A DNA stretch of 62,750 nucleotides, the filler included, from Candidatus Fermentibacterota bacterium (GTDB lineage: Bacteria; JAFGKV01): assembly GCA_016928395.1 (NCBI GenBank). It is 6 parts of 6 records of this genome, joined end to end, with 100 filler letters (N's around TTAATTAATTAA, not from the genome) between each part and the next. Parts side by side here need not be neighbours in the genome. Positions count along the whole stretch, not along the records: positions 47,661 to 57,068 come from JAFGKV010000097.1; positions 57,169 to 62,750 come from JAFGKV010000098.1; 4 more parts are not named here. One strand, given 5' to 3'. The notes beneath the pieces were generated by a model. That model had not been told where the DNA came from. It did no database searches and was given only the letters and a program-made list of their open reading frames with translations. Shown here one piece after another: positions 49,585 to 59,352 of this stretch; position 1 is the first letter of the stretch; the number at the start of each line of letters is the position of its first letter. The position numbers and the translations under genes were made by a program.

Positions 49585-49790
49585 ACTCCGCGAGCGGGCG
49601 ACCAGGGTCGGTCGCCCCTACGTTGATAGTCTACCATCGGCTTCGTAGGGGCGGGACTCTGTGCCCGCCCGCGCGGCCCGCGCGGAGAGTTGCTCAACTG
49701 ATAGCCGAGAGCGGACAGCCGAGAGCCCCGGGGGCGCCAAGCTGCCCACTGCTCACTCCTATCTCCTTACTCCTCACTTACCGCGCGAGC
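49585..49790 (-). repeat. Mosaic intergenic element copy
   Basis: gggcgaccagggtcggtcgcccctac, gtaggggcgggactctgtgcccgccc, GATAGCC-like and CTCACTC-like heptamers. Confidence 0.75.
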
Positions 49791-49798
49791 GTAACAAG

Positions 49799-51445
49799 CT
49801 ATCCCAGAATCTTCGCCAGATCTTCCTCGGCGGTGCCGATGGGAGTGAGCGCGAATGTATCAACCAAGACCTGCAATACAGGCGGCGTGACGAAGGCAGG
49901 CAGCGTGGGCCCGAGCCGTATGTTCCTGATACCAAGGTGGAGCAAACTCAACAGGATGACTACGGCTTTCTGCTCATACCATGAGAGTATGAGCGACAGG
50001 GGCAGGCGGTTCACATCGGTCTCAAACGCGTCCGCCAACGCCATCGCGATCTGGATTGCCGAGTGCGCATCGTTGCACTGGCCCACATCAAGCAGCCGTG
50101 GGATGCCGCCGATGGTTCCCAGATCCATGGTGTTGAACCGGTACTTCCCGCATGCCAAAGTTAGGACGATAGTGTCGGGAGGCGTCTTCTCGACGAACTC
50201 AGTGTAGTAGTCACGGCCCGGCTTGGCGCCATCGCACCCGCCGACCAGGAAGAAGTGACGGATGGCGCCGCTCTTCACTGCCGCGACGATTTTGTCGGCA
50301 ACGCCGAGGACCGCGTTGTGACCGAATCCGACCATAATGGTCTTCTCCGGCTCATCGTGTGCGAATCCCGGGGCCGCCAATGCCGCCTCAATGACCGGGG
50401 CGAAGTTGCGATCGGCAATGTGCACGACGCCCGGCCACGCCACCAACCCTGACGTGAAGATCCGGCCCTTGTAGCCCTCCCTCGGCTTCTGGATGCAGTT
50501 GGTTGTCATCAGGATTGCACCGGGAAAGACATCGAATTCCTTCTGTTGGTTCTGCCAGGCGCTCCCGTAGTTGCCAGCGAGATGCGGGAACTCTTTAAGG
50601 CCGGGATAGCCATGGGCAGGAAGCATTTCGCCGTGCGTGTAGATGTTGATGCCGGTGCCCTTGGTCTGTGTGAGCAGCTCTTCGAGATCCTTCAGATCAT
50701 GCCCCGATATGAGAATGGCTTTGCCCCTCAACGGCGTGATCCTGACCGTGGTGGGCACGGGGTGCCCGTATGCCCCGGTGTTCGCGGTATCCAAAAGCTC
50801 CATGACCCGGAGGTTGACCTTCCCGACCTCCAACGACTTGGCCACCAAGGCATCCACGTCATTGTCCCTGGTCAGGAAGTCCAGAGCCTCATGGAAGAAG
50901 GCAAAGACCGCCGGATCGCTCTCGTTGAGGATCAGTGCATGATCGGCGTAGGCGGCCATTCCCTTCAGACCGTAGATGATGAGTTCCTCCAGACCGGTGA
51001 GCACCTCTCCACGGGAGGCCTTCCGAGCCTCGATACCGCTGGTCAAACCCTGGGCCTCTAGCTCGGTTTGAGTGGATGCCGGCGTCCAGGAGGCGGGCCC
51101 GTCCAGAGACTCGGGCGCGAGGCCCTTCGTGGCGCACGCATCCTCGTACATTCGGGTGGCTCTCTCCTTCAGCATGCCCAGCCGATGCAGCATACCCTCG
51201 AGCCGTTCAGGATCGAAGTTCACATTGGTGATGGTGGTGAAGAGCACTTCCACTGTGAAACGGTCGATCTCCATATCCGTGGCACCCAGATGCCGCGCAC
51301 GGTGCGCGTACATTGAGAGTCCCTTGAGTCCGTGGATGAGAAGATCCTGTAGATGCGCGGTGGTGGCATCTTTGCCGCAGACACCGGAGATTGTGCACCC
51401 GGTCCCCCGGGCTGTTTGCTCACATTGGTAGCAGAACATGCTCAT
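49799..51445 (-). CDS. hcp: Hydroxylamine reductase (hybrid cluster protein)
   Basis: 'MFCYQCEQT..GCT..GVCGK', 'YTHGEMLPAHGYP', 'GGCDG', 'LSWYEQKA'. Confidence 0.96.
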   Translation of the reverse strand: MSMFCYQCEQTARGTGCTISGVCGKDATTAHLQDLLIHGLKGLSMYAHRARHLGATDMEIDRFTVEVLFTTITNVNFDPERLEGMLHRLGMLKERATRMYEDACATKGLAPESLDGPASWTPASTQTELEAQGLTSGIEARKASRGEVLTGLEELIIYGLKGMAAYADHALILNESDPAVFAFFHEALDFLTRDNDVDALVAKSLEVGKVNLRVMELLDTANTGAYGHPVPTTVRITPLRGKAILISGHDLKDLEELLTQTKGTGINIYTHGEMLPAHGYPGLKEFPHLAGNYGSAWQNQQKEFDVFPGAILMTTNCIQKPREGYKGRIFTSGLVAWPGVVHIADRNFAPVIEAALAAPGFAHDEPEKTIMVGFGHNAVLGVADKIVAAVKSGAIRHFFLVGGCDGAKPGRDYYTEFVEKTPPDTIVLTLACGKYRFNTMDLGTIGGIPRLLDVGQCNDAHSAIQIAMALADAFETDVNRLPLSLILSWYEQKAVVILLSLLHLGIRNIRLGPTLPAFVTPPVLQVLVDTFALTPIGTAEEDLAKILG

Positions 51446-51912
51446 AGTGAGACCTCCATGGATGGAAGCAGATGTAGGGCCGCTCCCGAAGTGAAGGAGG
51501 GGCGCCCGTCTCGGAAACGAGACAGGCGCGTTGATGAAAGATACGAGCGAACAGTCTCCTGGATCGTTTCGAGCAATCCTCCCAGCACGCAGGATTGCCC
51601 GTCGCATCGTGGGCGGCCCAGGAGGCAGTGCGTGGTGGGGAGAGGGCCCTCGATAACCTCGAAGACATCCAGGAGCGTGATGTCCTCCGGAGACCGGCCC
51701 AGGCGGAACCCGCCTCGAGGTCCCCGGCGCGCCCAAAGCAGCCCCGCGCGCAGTAGCTGATGCAGCACCTTGCTCAGATGGGCCTCGGACACCTCGAGCT
51801 CATCGGCCAGAGCATGGGTGCTCACCAGCTCATTTGCGGGGCTGCGGGCCAGAAGCATCGTGGCGTGCAGTTCCAGGCTCGCCGCATCGGAAATGGCGAG
51901 GATGTGGTTCAT
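51442..51912 (-). CDS. Rrf2 family transcriptional regulator
   Basis: 'SEAHLSKVL..RGPRGGFRL', three Cys (C..C..C) as Fe-S ligands. Confidence 0.9.
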   Translation of the reverse strand: MNHILAISDAASLELHATMLLARSPANELVSTHALADELEVSEAHLSKVLHQLLRAGLLWARRGPRGGFRLGRSPEDITLLDVFEVIEGPLPTTHCLLGRPRCDGQSCVLGGLLETIQETVRSYLSSTRLSRFRDGRPSFTSGAALHLLPSMEVSL

Positions 51913-51930
51913 GCAATGCGCTCCGGCTCG

Positions 51931-52698
51931 TCAGACGCCTGCCGGTACCGCAGGTGCAGGCCTCGGGGCTGTGACCTCCTTCGACTCCTGAACAACGCCG
52001 CCGATGCCGATTCGGGTCAGCCGCAACGGGATATCGATTCCCGCGTCGGCCATGGCGCCCAGCACGAGGCGTACCAACCCGCCGCAGCAGGGAACCTCCA
52101 TGTACACGACCTCGATGGAGCGGACGCCGTTGTGACGGAACATGTCGGCCAGCTTGTCTTGATAGTAAGCGGCATCATCCAGCTTCGGGCAGCCGACGAC
52201 CAAGACCTTGCCCGGAAGGAAGCGTTCGTGGAAGTCCGGATGGGCACACGGGACGCAGTCTGCGGCGATGACCAGATCGGCGCCCCGGAGGTAGGGCGCG
52301 CTGACAGGGACCAATCGCAACTGCACCGGCCAGTTCCCGAGTCTCGACGGCCGATCCTCGGGGCGATCCCCGGGCTCGTTGGGGCAGCCGCAGGGGCCCA
52401 TGGTCTGCACCTGACTTCCCGGGCAGCCGCAGGCAAGGGGCTCACCGGTCACTTCGGTTGCGCCTTTGGCCTGGATGGCGGCCTCTTCATCGAAGGGGGC
52501 AGCCTCCCTCTCTTCCATGCTGATGGCACCCTGGGGGCATTCACCCAGGCAGGCGCCCAGGCCGTCGCAATACGTCTCGCTGATCAAACGGGCCTTGCCG
52601 TCGATGATGGCGATGGCGCCCTCGGCGCAGGCTGTCGCGCAGAGGCCGCAGCCATCGCACTTCTCTTCATCTATCCGGATAATCTGGCGGACCGGCAT
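51931..52698 (-). CDS. 4Fe-4S ferredoxin-domain protein (hcp-associated)
   Basis: 'CDGCGLCATACAEGAI', 'CDGLGACLGECP', 'WPVQL', 'GCPKLD', 'MEVPCC'. Confidence 0.9.
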   Translation of the reverse strand: MPVRQIIRIDEEKCDGCGLCATACAEGAIAIIDGKARLISETYCDGLGACLGECPQGAISMEEREAAPFDEEAAIQAKGATEVTGEPLACGCPGSQVQTMGPCGCPNEPGDRPEDRPSRLGNWPVQLRLVPVSAPYLRGADLVIAADCVPCAHPDFHERFLPGKVLVVGCPKLDDAAYYQDKLADMFRHNGVRSIEVVYMEVPCCGGLVRLVLGAMADAGIDIPLRLTRIGIGGVVQESKEVTAPRPAPAVPAGV

Positions 52699-52721
52699 GG
52701 GAGTTCCTCGGGAAAGGGAAA

Positions 52722-52856
52722 GGGAATGATGGAATGGTGGAATGATGGGATGGATGGACGGATGGATGACTGGAAGGATGGAATGATGGAAGGATGGATG
52801 ACTGGAAGGATGGAATGACTGGATGACTGGAAGACTGGAAGGATGGAGGGATGGAT
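52722..52856. repeat. Octamer tandem array (e.g. GGAAGGAT/GGAATGAT/GGATGACT), about 16 units
   Basis: Read directly; related shorter arrays at about 16560-16600, 23590-23695, 43338-43365 and 60775-60824. Confidence 0.88.
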
Positions 52857-53036
52857 CGACAAAGGAAAGCCGCCTTGACATTGCTCAGGGTCAACGACGT
52901 GTGATAGCTCTGCATCCTCGTCCAGAGTAGATGATTCACGATGCACTCTCAACCCCGAGAAACCTGAGTGCCTCCGCACTCAGAGACCGCACTGAACCCC
53001 AAACCCCAAACCCTGAGAACTGATCGCGTAGCGAGC

Positions 53037-53375
53037 TCACAGAATCCTCGAAACCTCGGATTGGCGGGGAGTCTTGATCACGAGAATGCGCACGGTGTCC
53101 GGGCCTTCATTGCGCCAGCGATGGGGAATGCGCGCAGGGCTGTGGATGAGATCGTCCGCTGCGCACTCTTGCGTCTCGTCCCCGATCTCGACGATGCCCC
53201 TGCCCTCCAGCACATAGAAGCAGGCATCCACTGGGGTGATGTGGCGCCTCAGGGACTCTCCGGGTTGCAGGGTGATGAGCACGGTCTGCACGTGAGGGCT
53301 CTCGAAAAGGGGCCGCACGCTCACTCCATGCGGCGTCGCCTTCTCCGGAGCGGTTCGGGCGTTGACGATCAGCAC
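53037..53375 (-). CDS. Cupin domain protein
   Basis: 'LQPGESLRRHITPVDACFYVLEGRG', 'SPARIPHRW'. Confidence 0.88.
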   Translation of the reverse strand: MLIVNARTAPEKATPHGVSVRPLFESPHVQTVLITLQPGESLRRHITPVDACFYVLEGRGIVEIGDETQECAADDLIHSPARIPHRWRNEGPDTVRILVIKTPRQSEVSRIL

Positions 53376-53415
53376 GGCTACCTCCGTGAAGAGAGGGAAA
53401 CCAATCAAACAAACA

Positions 53416-53454
53416 TTATGGTACTAATATACCTGTATTTGTATAAGATGTCAA
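53416..53454 (-). promoter_or_regulatory. Sigma-70 promoter of the cupin-ferredoxin-rrf2-hcp unit with an overlapping palindrome
   Basis: Minus strand TTGACA-17nt-TATATT in an AT-rich patch; GGTA-N6-TACC inverted repeat over the -10. Confidence 0.7.
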
Positions 53455-53539
53455 GAGCGAATGGCTGAGCTATGCGAGGGATGATGAACGGTTTGGCTCC
53501 GCGGGGTCGTGGCCGTTCGATAATCCCACACTGGAATGG

Positions 53540-54190
53540 CCGGATGGCCGATTGCGAGTACGAGCACGACATTGATAGCGATACCGTCCCCGGGCCCCAC
53601 CTCCCCATGCGGGCGGAGTCAGAGCTCCCCTCCTTCAGGGCAAGGGATCGCCACTTCAGACTCCAGTCGCCAGTGGCCCGGTGAAACCAATCTGTAACTT
53701 GATCAGAATAGCCTCGTGCGAAACGCTACGGACGACGCAGAGGTCGTCCCTCCATTCGGGAAAGATACCCTGTCCCCTGGTCACTCTAGAGGGTCGGGCT
53801 TGGCCCAGCACCACTGGATGCTGGGGCTTCGTCCCGACCGCGACGCCACCAGGCTTTCGTGAGAGGCTCAGAAGTCTCCCTATGTATGAGCAGGGCAAGG
53901 CCCGGGGCCGGGGCTCGTGTGAGAGTACACCCCAACTTCGCGCTCGTACCCGTACTCAAAGCTACGACTCCGATGGCGATAGCGATACCGACCCCCGCCC
54001 TCCCGCGGGCGACCAGAGACGGTCGCCCCTACGACGGCAACGGTTCCTCGTAGCGCTGGGCGGGCCTGATAGCTAACAGCCGATAGCCACCTGCCGGCCG
54101 TCCTCTCCACCTCGAAAAACCTGGGTGCTTTCGCATCCAGAGGCCTTACTGATGACTGATGACTGTGAACTGACAACTGCTCGCGCAGCG
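53540..54190 (-). repeat. Mosaic intergenic element cluster
   Basis: gagtac/gatagcgatacc tracts, ggacgacgcagaggtcgtcc hairpin, gggcgaccagagacggtcgcccctac, core motif at about 54097-54145, ACTGAT repeats. Confidence 0.8.
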
Positions 54191-54195
54191 AGCTC

Positions 54196-54435
54196 CTACC
54201 TTCCGAACAACGCGTCCAGGATGGTGCCGAGGTTGCTGGAGCCTTCCAGTACGGTCGGGTCGTACAGCTCGGTGAAACCGCAGTTTCGACACGAGAGGGA
54301 GACGAATTTGTTGTGCTGGATGTCGAGGAGTCGGGTGAGTCCCGTGCCGGTCCCGGCGAATCTCCGGGCGATTGCCCCGCTGTGGCCACACTTGGGGCAT
54401 CGGAAGATCGATGCCAGTTGTTCGTCCATGCGCAT
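54196..54435 (-). CDS. Zinc-ribbon domain protein (DUF2082-like)
   Basis: 'FRCPKCG..TGTGLTRLLDIQHNKF..SCRNCGFTELY'. Confidence 0.82.
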   Translation of the reverse strand: MRMDEQLASIFRCPKCGHSGAIARRFAGTGTGLTRLLDIQHNKFVSLSCRNCGFTELYDPTVLEGSSNLGTILDALFGR

Positions 54436-54680
54436 GATGATCTCCTTGAAGCGTTGCAGAGTCACAAAGCACTACCTTCCATCCTGGCCAGGCATTCTCC
54501 CAAAGCCCGGACGGGGCCATCGCTTCTGGGGAGGTATTCTACCATTAGAATAGTGTCGAATCGTCCGGTTCAGCACGCATAGATGCCCAGAAGGAAGAGC
54601 ATCTTCATGCAATCCTTGACCTCGATCGATATCCGCCGCTATTGTCGCCGCAGCATTCAGCTATCCACAGGAGGGATTCC

Positions 54681-56213
54681 GTGCAGGAAAATCCAGCGCC
54701 GCGCGCCGTGTGGAGCTCCAAGCTGGGCTTCATTTTGGCCGCATCCGGGTCCGCCATCGGTCTAGGCAATATCGTATTCTTCGGCGCCAATGCGTACAAG
54801 TATGGCGCAGGTGCGTTCTACGTTCCCTATCTTCTGGCGCTGTTCTTCGTCGGGCTGCCGTTCATGGCCATGGAGATAGGCCTCGGATTGCGGTTCAATA
54901 GGGCACTGCCCGAGTCACTGCACCTGATCGCGGGACGACGAGGCGAGTTTGTCGGCTGGTGGGGGATACTGAACGCATCTGTCATCACCACGTACTATAT
55001 CGCCATCCTCGGGTGGGTCGTGGGCATGCTCATCGGCGCCTTTGGGCCTCTGTGGAAACCTTCTCTGGCGGTGCCTGCATTCAACATGGCCGAGGGTGCG
55101 ATCCCTAACCCCTTCGCCTACTTCTTCAACATGCTGTCAACTCCCGGCACGCTGCTCTTCGTCGTGCTGGCCTGGGTTCTCAACATCATCATCGTGTGGA
55201 AAGGCACCCTCACCATTGAGAAGGCGGTCAAGGTCTGCGTGCCCCTGATGTGGGTGTTCATGCTTATCCTCATCGTCCGTGGGTTGACCCTGCCCAACGG
55301 GTCCCAGGGCGTTCGTCTTCTTTTTACGCCCAATTGGGGAGTCATGCGAAACCCGGATGTCTGGAAGGGCGCCTTCGGCCAGATTTTCTTCTCGCTGTCG
55401 CTGGGGTTTGGCATCATGACCGCATACGCCAGCTATCTTCCAAAGAAGAGCGACTGCAACTCCAATGCGATGATGGTCTCTTTTCTCAACTGCGGCTTCG
55501 AGTTCATCGCTGGGGTCGCCATCTTCACGATTCTCTTCAGCCTCTCCATCGTACCCAAGGCCAGCACGCTGGCCATGTCGTTCTTCGTCCTTCCTTCCGG
55601 CATCGCGCGATTCCCTTACGGTGTTGCCACGTTTGGGGTGATGTTCTTCACCTTGCTTCTCCTCGCTGGCATTTCCTCCAGTGTGTCATTGGTGGAGGCT
55701 TTGGCGAGTTCCGTCATCGACAAGTTCCGCATTTCCCGGATTCGGGCGCTCCTGTTTGTCGGATCGGGGGGGGTGGTTCTCTCCCTGCTGTTCGCTCTCC
55801 CCATGGTGGTCGATGCATCCCTCAAGGACAACGGCACCTTGGGGCTTACCCTTCTTGATCTCTCCGATCACTGGGCCTTCGGCTACGGCCTCTTGGCCAT
55901 GGGGCTTGCCGAGAGCATTCTCATCGGATGGGTTCTCGGGGCCGGGAAACTGCGCGAGACGATGAACGCCAATGCCAGGATCAGGCTGGGGCCGTGGTTT
56001 GACGTTCTGGTTCGATTCGTGGCGCCGGCCGTCGTCCTCGCAGTGATCGTTGCCAGCATCGCCCACGAGGTCAAGACCGGCATGTACGGCTCGCGCATGG
56101 TGACGGGCTGGCGGCCCATGGCGGCAGTTGTGCTTCTCGCGTGGCTCCTGTTCACCAGCGGGGGTGCCTTCTTGCTCAGCGCGCCGCAGAAGGGGAAGGG
56201 GGTGAGAGCATGA
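54681..56213 (+). CDS. Sodium-dependent transporter, SNF/NSS family
   Basis: 'WSSKLGFILAASGSAIGLGN', 'GQIFFSLSLGFGIMTAYASY'. Confidence 0.93.
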   Translation: MQENPAPRAVWSSKLGFILAASGSAIGLGNIVFFGANAYKYGAGAFYVPYLLALFFVGLPFMAMEIGLGLRFNRALPESLHLIAGRRGEFVGWWGILNASVITTYYIAILGWVVGMLIGAFGPLWKPSLAVPAFNMAEGAIPNPFAYFFNMLSTPGTLLFVVLAWVLNIIIVWKGTLTIEKAVKVCVPLMWVFMLILIVRGLTLPNGSQGVRLLFTPNWGVMRNPDVWKGAFGQIFFSLSLGFGIMTAYASYLPKKSDCNSNAMMVSFLNCGFEFIAGVAIFTILFSLSIVPKASTLAMSFFVLPSGIARFPYGVATFGVMFFTLLLLAGISSSVSLVEALASSVIDKFRISRIRALLFVGSGGVVLSLLFALPMVVDASLKDNGTLGLTLLDLSDHWAFGYGLLAMGLAESILIGWVLGAGKLRETMNANARIRLGPWFDVLVRFVAPAVVLAVIVASIAHEVKTGMYGSRMVTGWRPMAAVVLLAWLLFTSGGAFLLSAPQKGKGVRA

Positions 56214-56671
56214 GGTGCGCTCTTGCCGTATGGATGCTCTCATCGTGCGCGGCAGTCTGGGCGGGCCGTATAGATGTGACCGATCAGTATCCACTGAGAG
56301 GTCAGGCAACAGAGATCATCGTATCCGGCGATGACGGATCACCCCTCGATGCGGTAGTGGTTCATCTCACCTACCGGCCTAACTCCATGGTGGCACTAGC
56401 GGATTCACTGCCTCCCACCGATGCTTCCGGCACAACGGTCTGGACTCCCTCGGATGCCGGAATCTGTACGATTCGAGTTCTCGACGGTGATGTCGAAGTT
56501 GCCGCCAAGGATGTGTCCGTTCGATTCGACCGGTTCCCCATTCAAGGGGCTATCGTCATGATCGTGGCCTTCTGTGCCCTCTTCGGCGGCGCGGCCTTCA
56601 GTTTGGTTATGCTGTTCAAAGCGGAACAGGAGGGCAAGGACGACGCGGGAATCCTCGTGAGGGGGACATAG
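56210..56671 (+). CDS. Hypothetical membrane-anchored protein
   Basis: Signal peptide, Ig-like middle, C-terminal TM; ATGA-coupled to the transporter. Confidence 0.7.
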   Translation: MRCALAVWMLSSCAAVWAGRIDVTDQYPLRGQATEIIVSGDDGSPLDAVVVHLTYRPNSMVALADSLPPTDASGTTVWTPSDAGICTIRVLDGDVEVAAKDVSVRFDRFPIQGAIVMIVAFCALFGGAAFSLVMLFKAEQEGKDDAGILVRGT

Positions 56672-56689
56672 GCGGCTCTCTCAGCAGTC

Positions 56690-57068
56690 GGCCTATCTCC
56701 TCACTCCCCCAGTCAGCAGTCCTGACTCGTGTGAGAGTACACCCCAACTTCGCGCTCGTACTCGGAGCTACGACAACGATAGCGATACCGACCCCGACCC
56801 CGAGCGAGGAGTGAGCCGACAGCCGGCCCCCCGGCGGGCGACCAGGGCCGGTCGCCCCTACGACGGGCGGAGTCAGAGCTCCGCCCCAACAAGGCAACGG
56901 TTCCTCGCAGAGCTCCGTAGGGGAGGACGCCCCTGCCCTCCCGGGCAGCTCATCGATAGCGATAGCGATACCGACCCCGAACCCCCCCTGCGGGCGACCA
57001 GAGACGGTCGCCCCTACTACGGCAACGGTTTCTCGTAGCGCTGGGCGGGCCTGATAGCCGATAGCCAA
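56690..57068 (-). repeat. Mosaic intergenic element copy at a contig end
   Basis: Two internal repeats of gatagcgataccgacccc..gggcgaccag..ggtcgcccctac..ggcaacggtt; near-identical to about 53915-54075. Confidence 0.85.
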
Positions 57069-57168
57069 NNNNNNNNNNNNNNNNNNNNNNNNNNNNNNNN
57101 NNNNNNNNNNNNTTAATTAATTAANNNNNNNNNNNNNNNNNNNNNNNNNNNNNNNNNNNNNNNNNNNN
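57069..57168. other. Assembly spacer
   Basis: N block with TTAATTAATTAA. Confidence 0.99.
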
Positions 57169-57255
57169 ACTCCGATCAGAAACACAAACCCCCTGCAGCC
57201 CAATGCCTTCCGTCCCCTATTGGTAATCGAGAATCAGCTAACCCGGAAACTCAGG
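57169..57255. mobile_element. Probable IS terminus interrupting the adenylation-domain gene
   Basis: Homology breaks right at the ANL motif (H)DAY(G), is replaced by CCTGAGTTTCCGGGTTAG..., and runs into the gap. Confidence 0.45.
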
Positions 57256-59352
57256 ATAGGCGTCATGAATCTCGATACCCAGTTCCTGGAACCCGCAAAG
57301 AAGTCCGTGATCCGACGCGGCCGATCCCGCGATGAGATACCGGCAGCGATGGAGACCCACCCGTCCAAGCAAGGCCCGGCGCAGCAGGGGACGAGCCAGC
57401 TTCGCCGCCACACTTCTGCTATGACCACAATACCACCGCCCCGCCGGTCGTGAAGAAAAGGCCGCCCATACCTTCTCGTAAAACCGGGGTACGGAAAAGA
57501 ACACCGTAGGCCGCGCCACCCGCAGCGCCCGCGGCAGTTCATGAATATCGTCGAGGAAGTAGATGTCGACCGGCGCCGGCAGATAGTAGGGCGCATACGT
57601 GGCCAAAATGCCCTCCACGACGTGATTCATGGGGAGAAAGGAGAGATAGCGGGCCGGCCTGATGCGCCAGTGCCAAGGAAACAGCGATGCCAGGCACTCT
57701 GCCATCCACCGCACATTTCGATGGTTGAACACAACACCCTGGGGGCTTCCCGTGGTGCCGGATGTATGGCGCCGCGTCGCAGGATCGTGCGGACAGACCA
57801 TGGGCACGGCATCACCGTGTGCGCCCCGCGCCAGGAACTGCTCCCAACTCAGGATTGCCTGATCCCGCGGCGGTGCATCGGTGAACGATACTACGGGAAT
57901 GCCGAGACCTTCGAGCCCGCCCTCCATCACAGGGCAGCCTATGAACAGGAGCCGTACTTCGCTGGAGCCCAGAAGAGATCGCAGTTCATTCGCCGGCGTC
58001 GCCGGATGGAGCGGCACGCTGACCGCGCCCGCCAGACCGATGGCGACGTCGATGGTCACGTATCGGGTGCTGTTGGGGCCGATGATCGCCACGGTGTGAC
58101 CCCGTCCCACCCCCATGGCACACAGCGAATGCCGCACCTTCTCAATGTCCTGTCTGACCATAGGGCCACGACGCGTCCGGGCGCGACCCTCGACGACATC
58201 GTGGAAAGAGACGGGCCGAAACGAGCGGCCCAGCCTGAACATGACCTGTTCCTGGACCGTTCGCTCCGAACGATGCAGGAACCCGTAGTTCACTGCGAAG
58301 GAAAGCATCGGCGGCACCAGTGAACGCCAGTCATGGGGGTAGGGCCCAAGCAGACGGTCAGCAGTGTCCCGCCGAAACACCGGCGCCTCCACATAGGGAA
58401 GCAGAGCCCGGAGTTTCCCCGTGGGCGGATCTGACATGCGCCAGGTCTTCAGGCGGCGCGGCAAAGGGAGGGGCACGAAAAGGGGCCTTCTCAGGCGGAG
58501 GCCGAGATTCTTCCGCGCCCACCCTTGCACGGTCGTCAAGAGCGCTGCAGCGGAGGGGCACGCGTCGGTCGGCGATACCAGGTGAACCGTGGCGCCCATG
58601 GCCCGAGGATCCAGCAAGAGTGACGCCACCGAGCGGGCGACATAATCCACCGGAACCATCGGCAGCCGAAGCGATGCACGGGCAGGAATGACGGGCAGCC
58701 TTCCGGAGAGAAACAGCCGCAAGGGAAGGTAGAGGGTGTTGAAGGTCTTCACCGCCCCGGTCTCGGAGTGGCCGACCACCATTCCCGGCCTGGCAACCGT
58801 GATCGGCATCTGGGTCATGGCGGTTCGCACGAGCTGCTCTCCTTCGTACTTGCTCATTTCGTAGGGGCTCCTGAACCCGTACGCGTCGCTGAGATTTTCC
58901 TCGGTGACGGGTCCGGGACACATGCCCGCGACATAGGCGGTGGACACATGCACGAAGTGAGAGAGCCCGGGCAAGGATGTGGCAAACTCCAGCATCCGCG
59001 CCGTGCCGTCGCGATTCATCCGCAGGAGCTCATCCAGCGGCGCCGCCAGCCGGATATCCGCGGCGGCGTGCACCACGTGGGTAGCATTCCGCGCCAGACT
59101 GAGGGCGGTAGATGACAGCCCTAGATCAGGCATGGTGATGTCGCCGGGGCATGCCTGAATCCGTGACCCGATCAGAGCGGCCAACTCGGGCCAATCCCAC
59201 CACGCGCGGGCAAGCCTCGCCTCTGCCCGGCCGGGCGCGGCGCGCACCAGCGCGAGGATGGGCATCTCTTTCTGCAGCAACTCAGCCACGATGTGGGTAC
59301 CCAGAAAGCCGCTGGCACCTGTGACGATGATCACGCCGACGCGACCTTCCAT
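57238..59352 (-). CDS. Fatty-acyl-reductase-like SDR fused to an AMP-dependent acyl-CoA synthetase domain; C-terminally truncated
   Basis: 'TGASGFLG', 'HVSTAYV', 'YEMSKYEGE', 'RPGMVVG'; then 'TSGTTGSPQG', 'LSFLPMNH', 'VPRFYEK'. Confidence 0.85.
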   Translation of the reverse strand: MEGRVGVIIVTGASGFLGTHIVAELLQKEMPILALVRAAPGRAEARLARAWWDWPELAALIGSRIQACPGDITMPDLGLSSTALSLARNATHVVHAAADIRLAAPLDELLRMNRDGTARMLEFATSLPGLSHFVHVSTAYVAGMCPGPVTEENLSDAYGFRSPYEMSKYEGEQLVRTAMTQMPITVARPGMVVGHSETGAVKTFNTLYLPLRLFLSGRLPVIPARASLRLPMVPVDYVARSVASLLLDPRAMGATVHLVSPTDACPSAAALLTTVQGWARKNLGLRLRRPLFVPLPLPRRLKTWRMSDPPTGKLRALLPYVEAPVFRRDTADRLLGPYPHDWRSLVPPMLSFAVNYGFLHRSERTVQEQVMFRLGRSFRPVSFHDVVEGRARTRRGPMVRQDIEKVRHSLCAMGVGRGHTVAIIGPNSTRYVTIDVAIGLAGAVSVPLHPATPANELRSLLGSSEVRLLFIGCPVMEGGLEGLGIPVVSFTDAPPRDQAILSWEQFLARGAHGDAVPMVCPHDPATRRHTSGTTGSPQGVVFNHRNVRWMAECLASLFPWHWRIRPARYLSFLPMNHVVEGILATYAPYYLPAPVDIYFLDDIHELPRALRVARPTVFFSVPRFYEKVWAAFSSRPAGRWYCGHSRSVAAKLARPLLRRALLGRVGLHRCRYLIAGSAASDHGLLCGFQELGIEIHDAYPEFPG

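Noticed and set aside
52875..52894. FNR/Crp box
   Set aside because: The N10 spacing does not fit TTGAT-N4-ATCAA; kept only as an unassigned palindrome.
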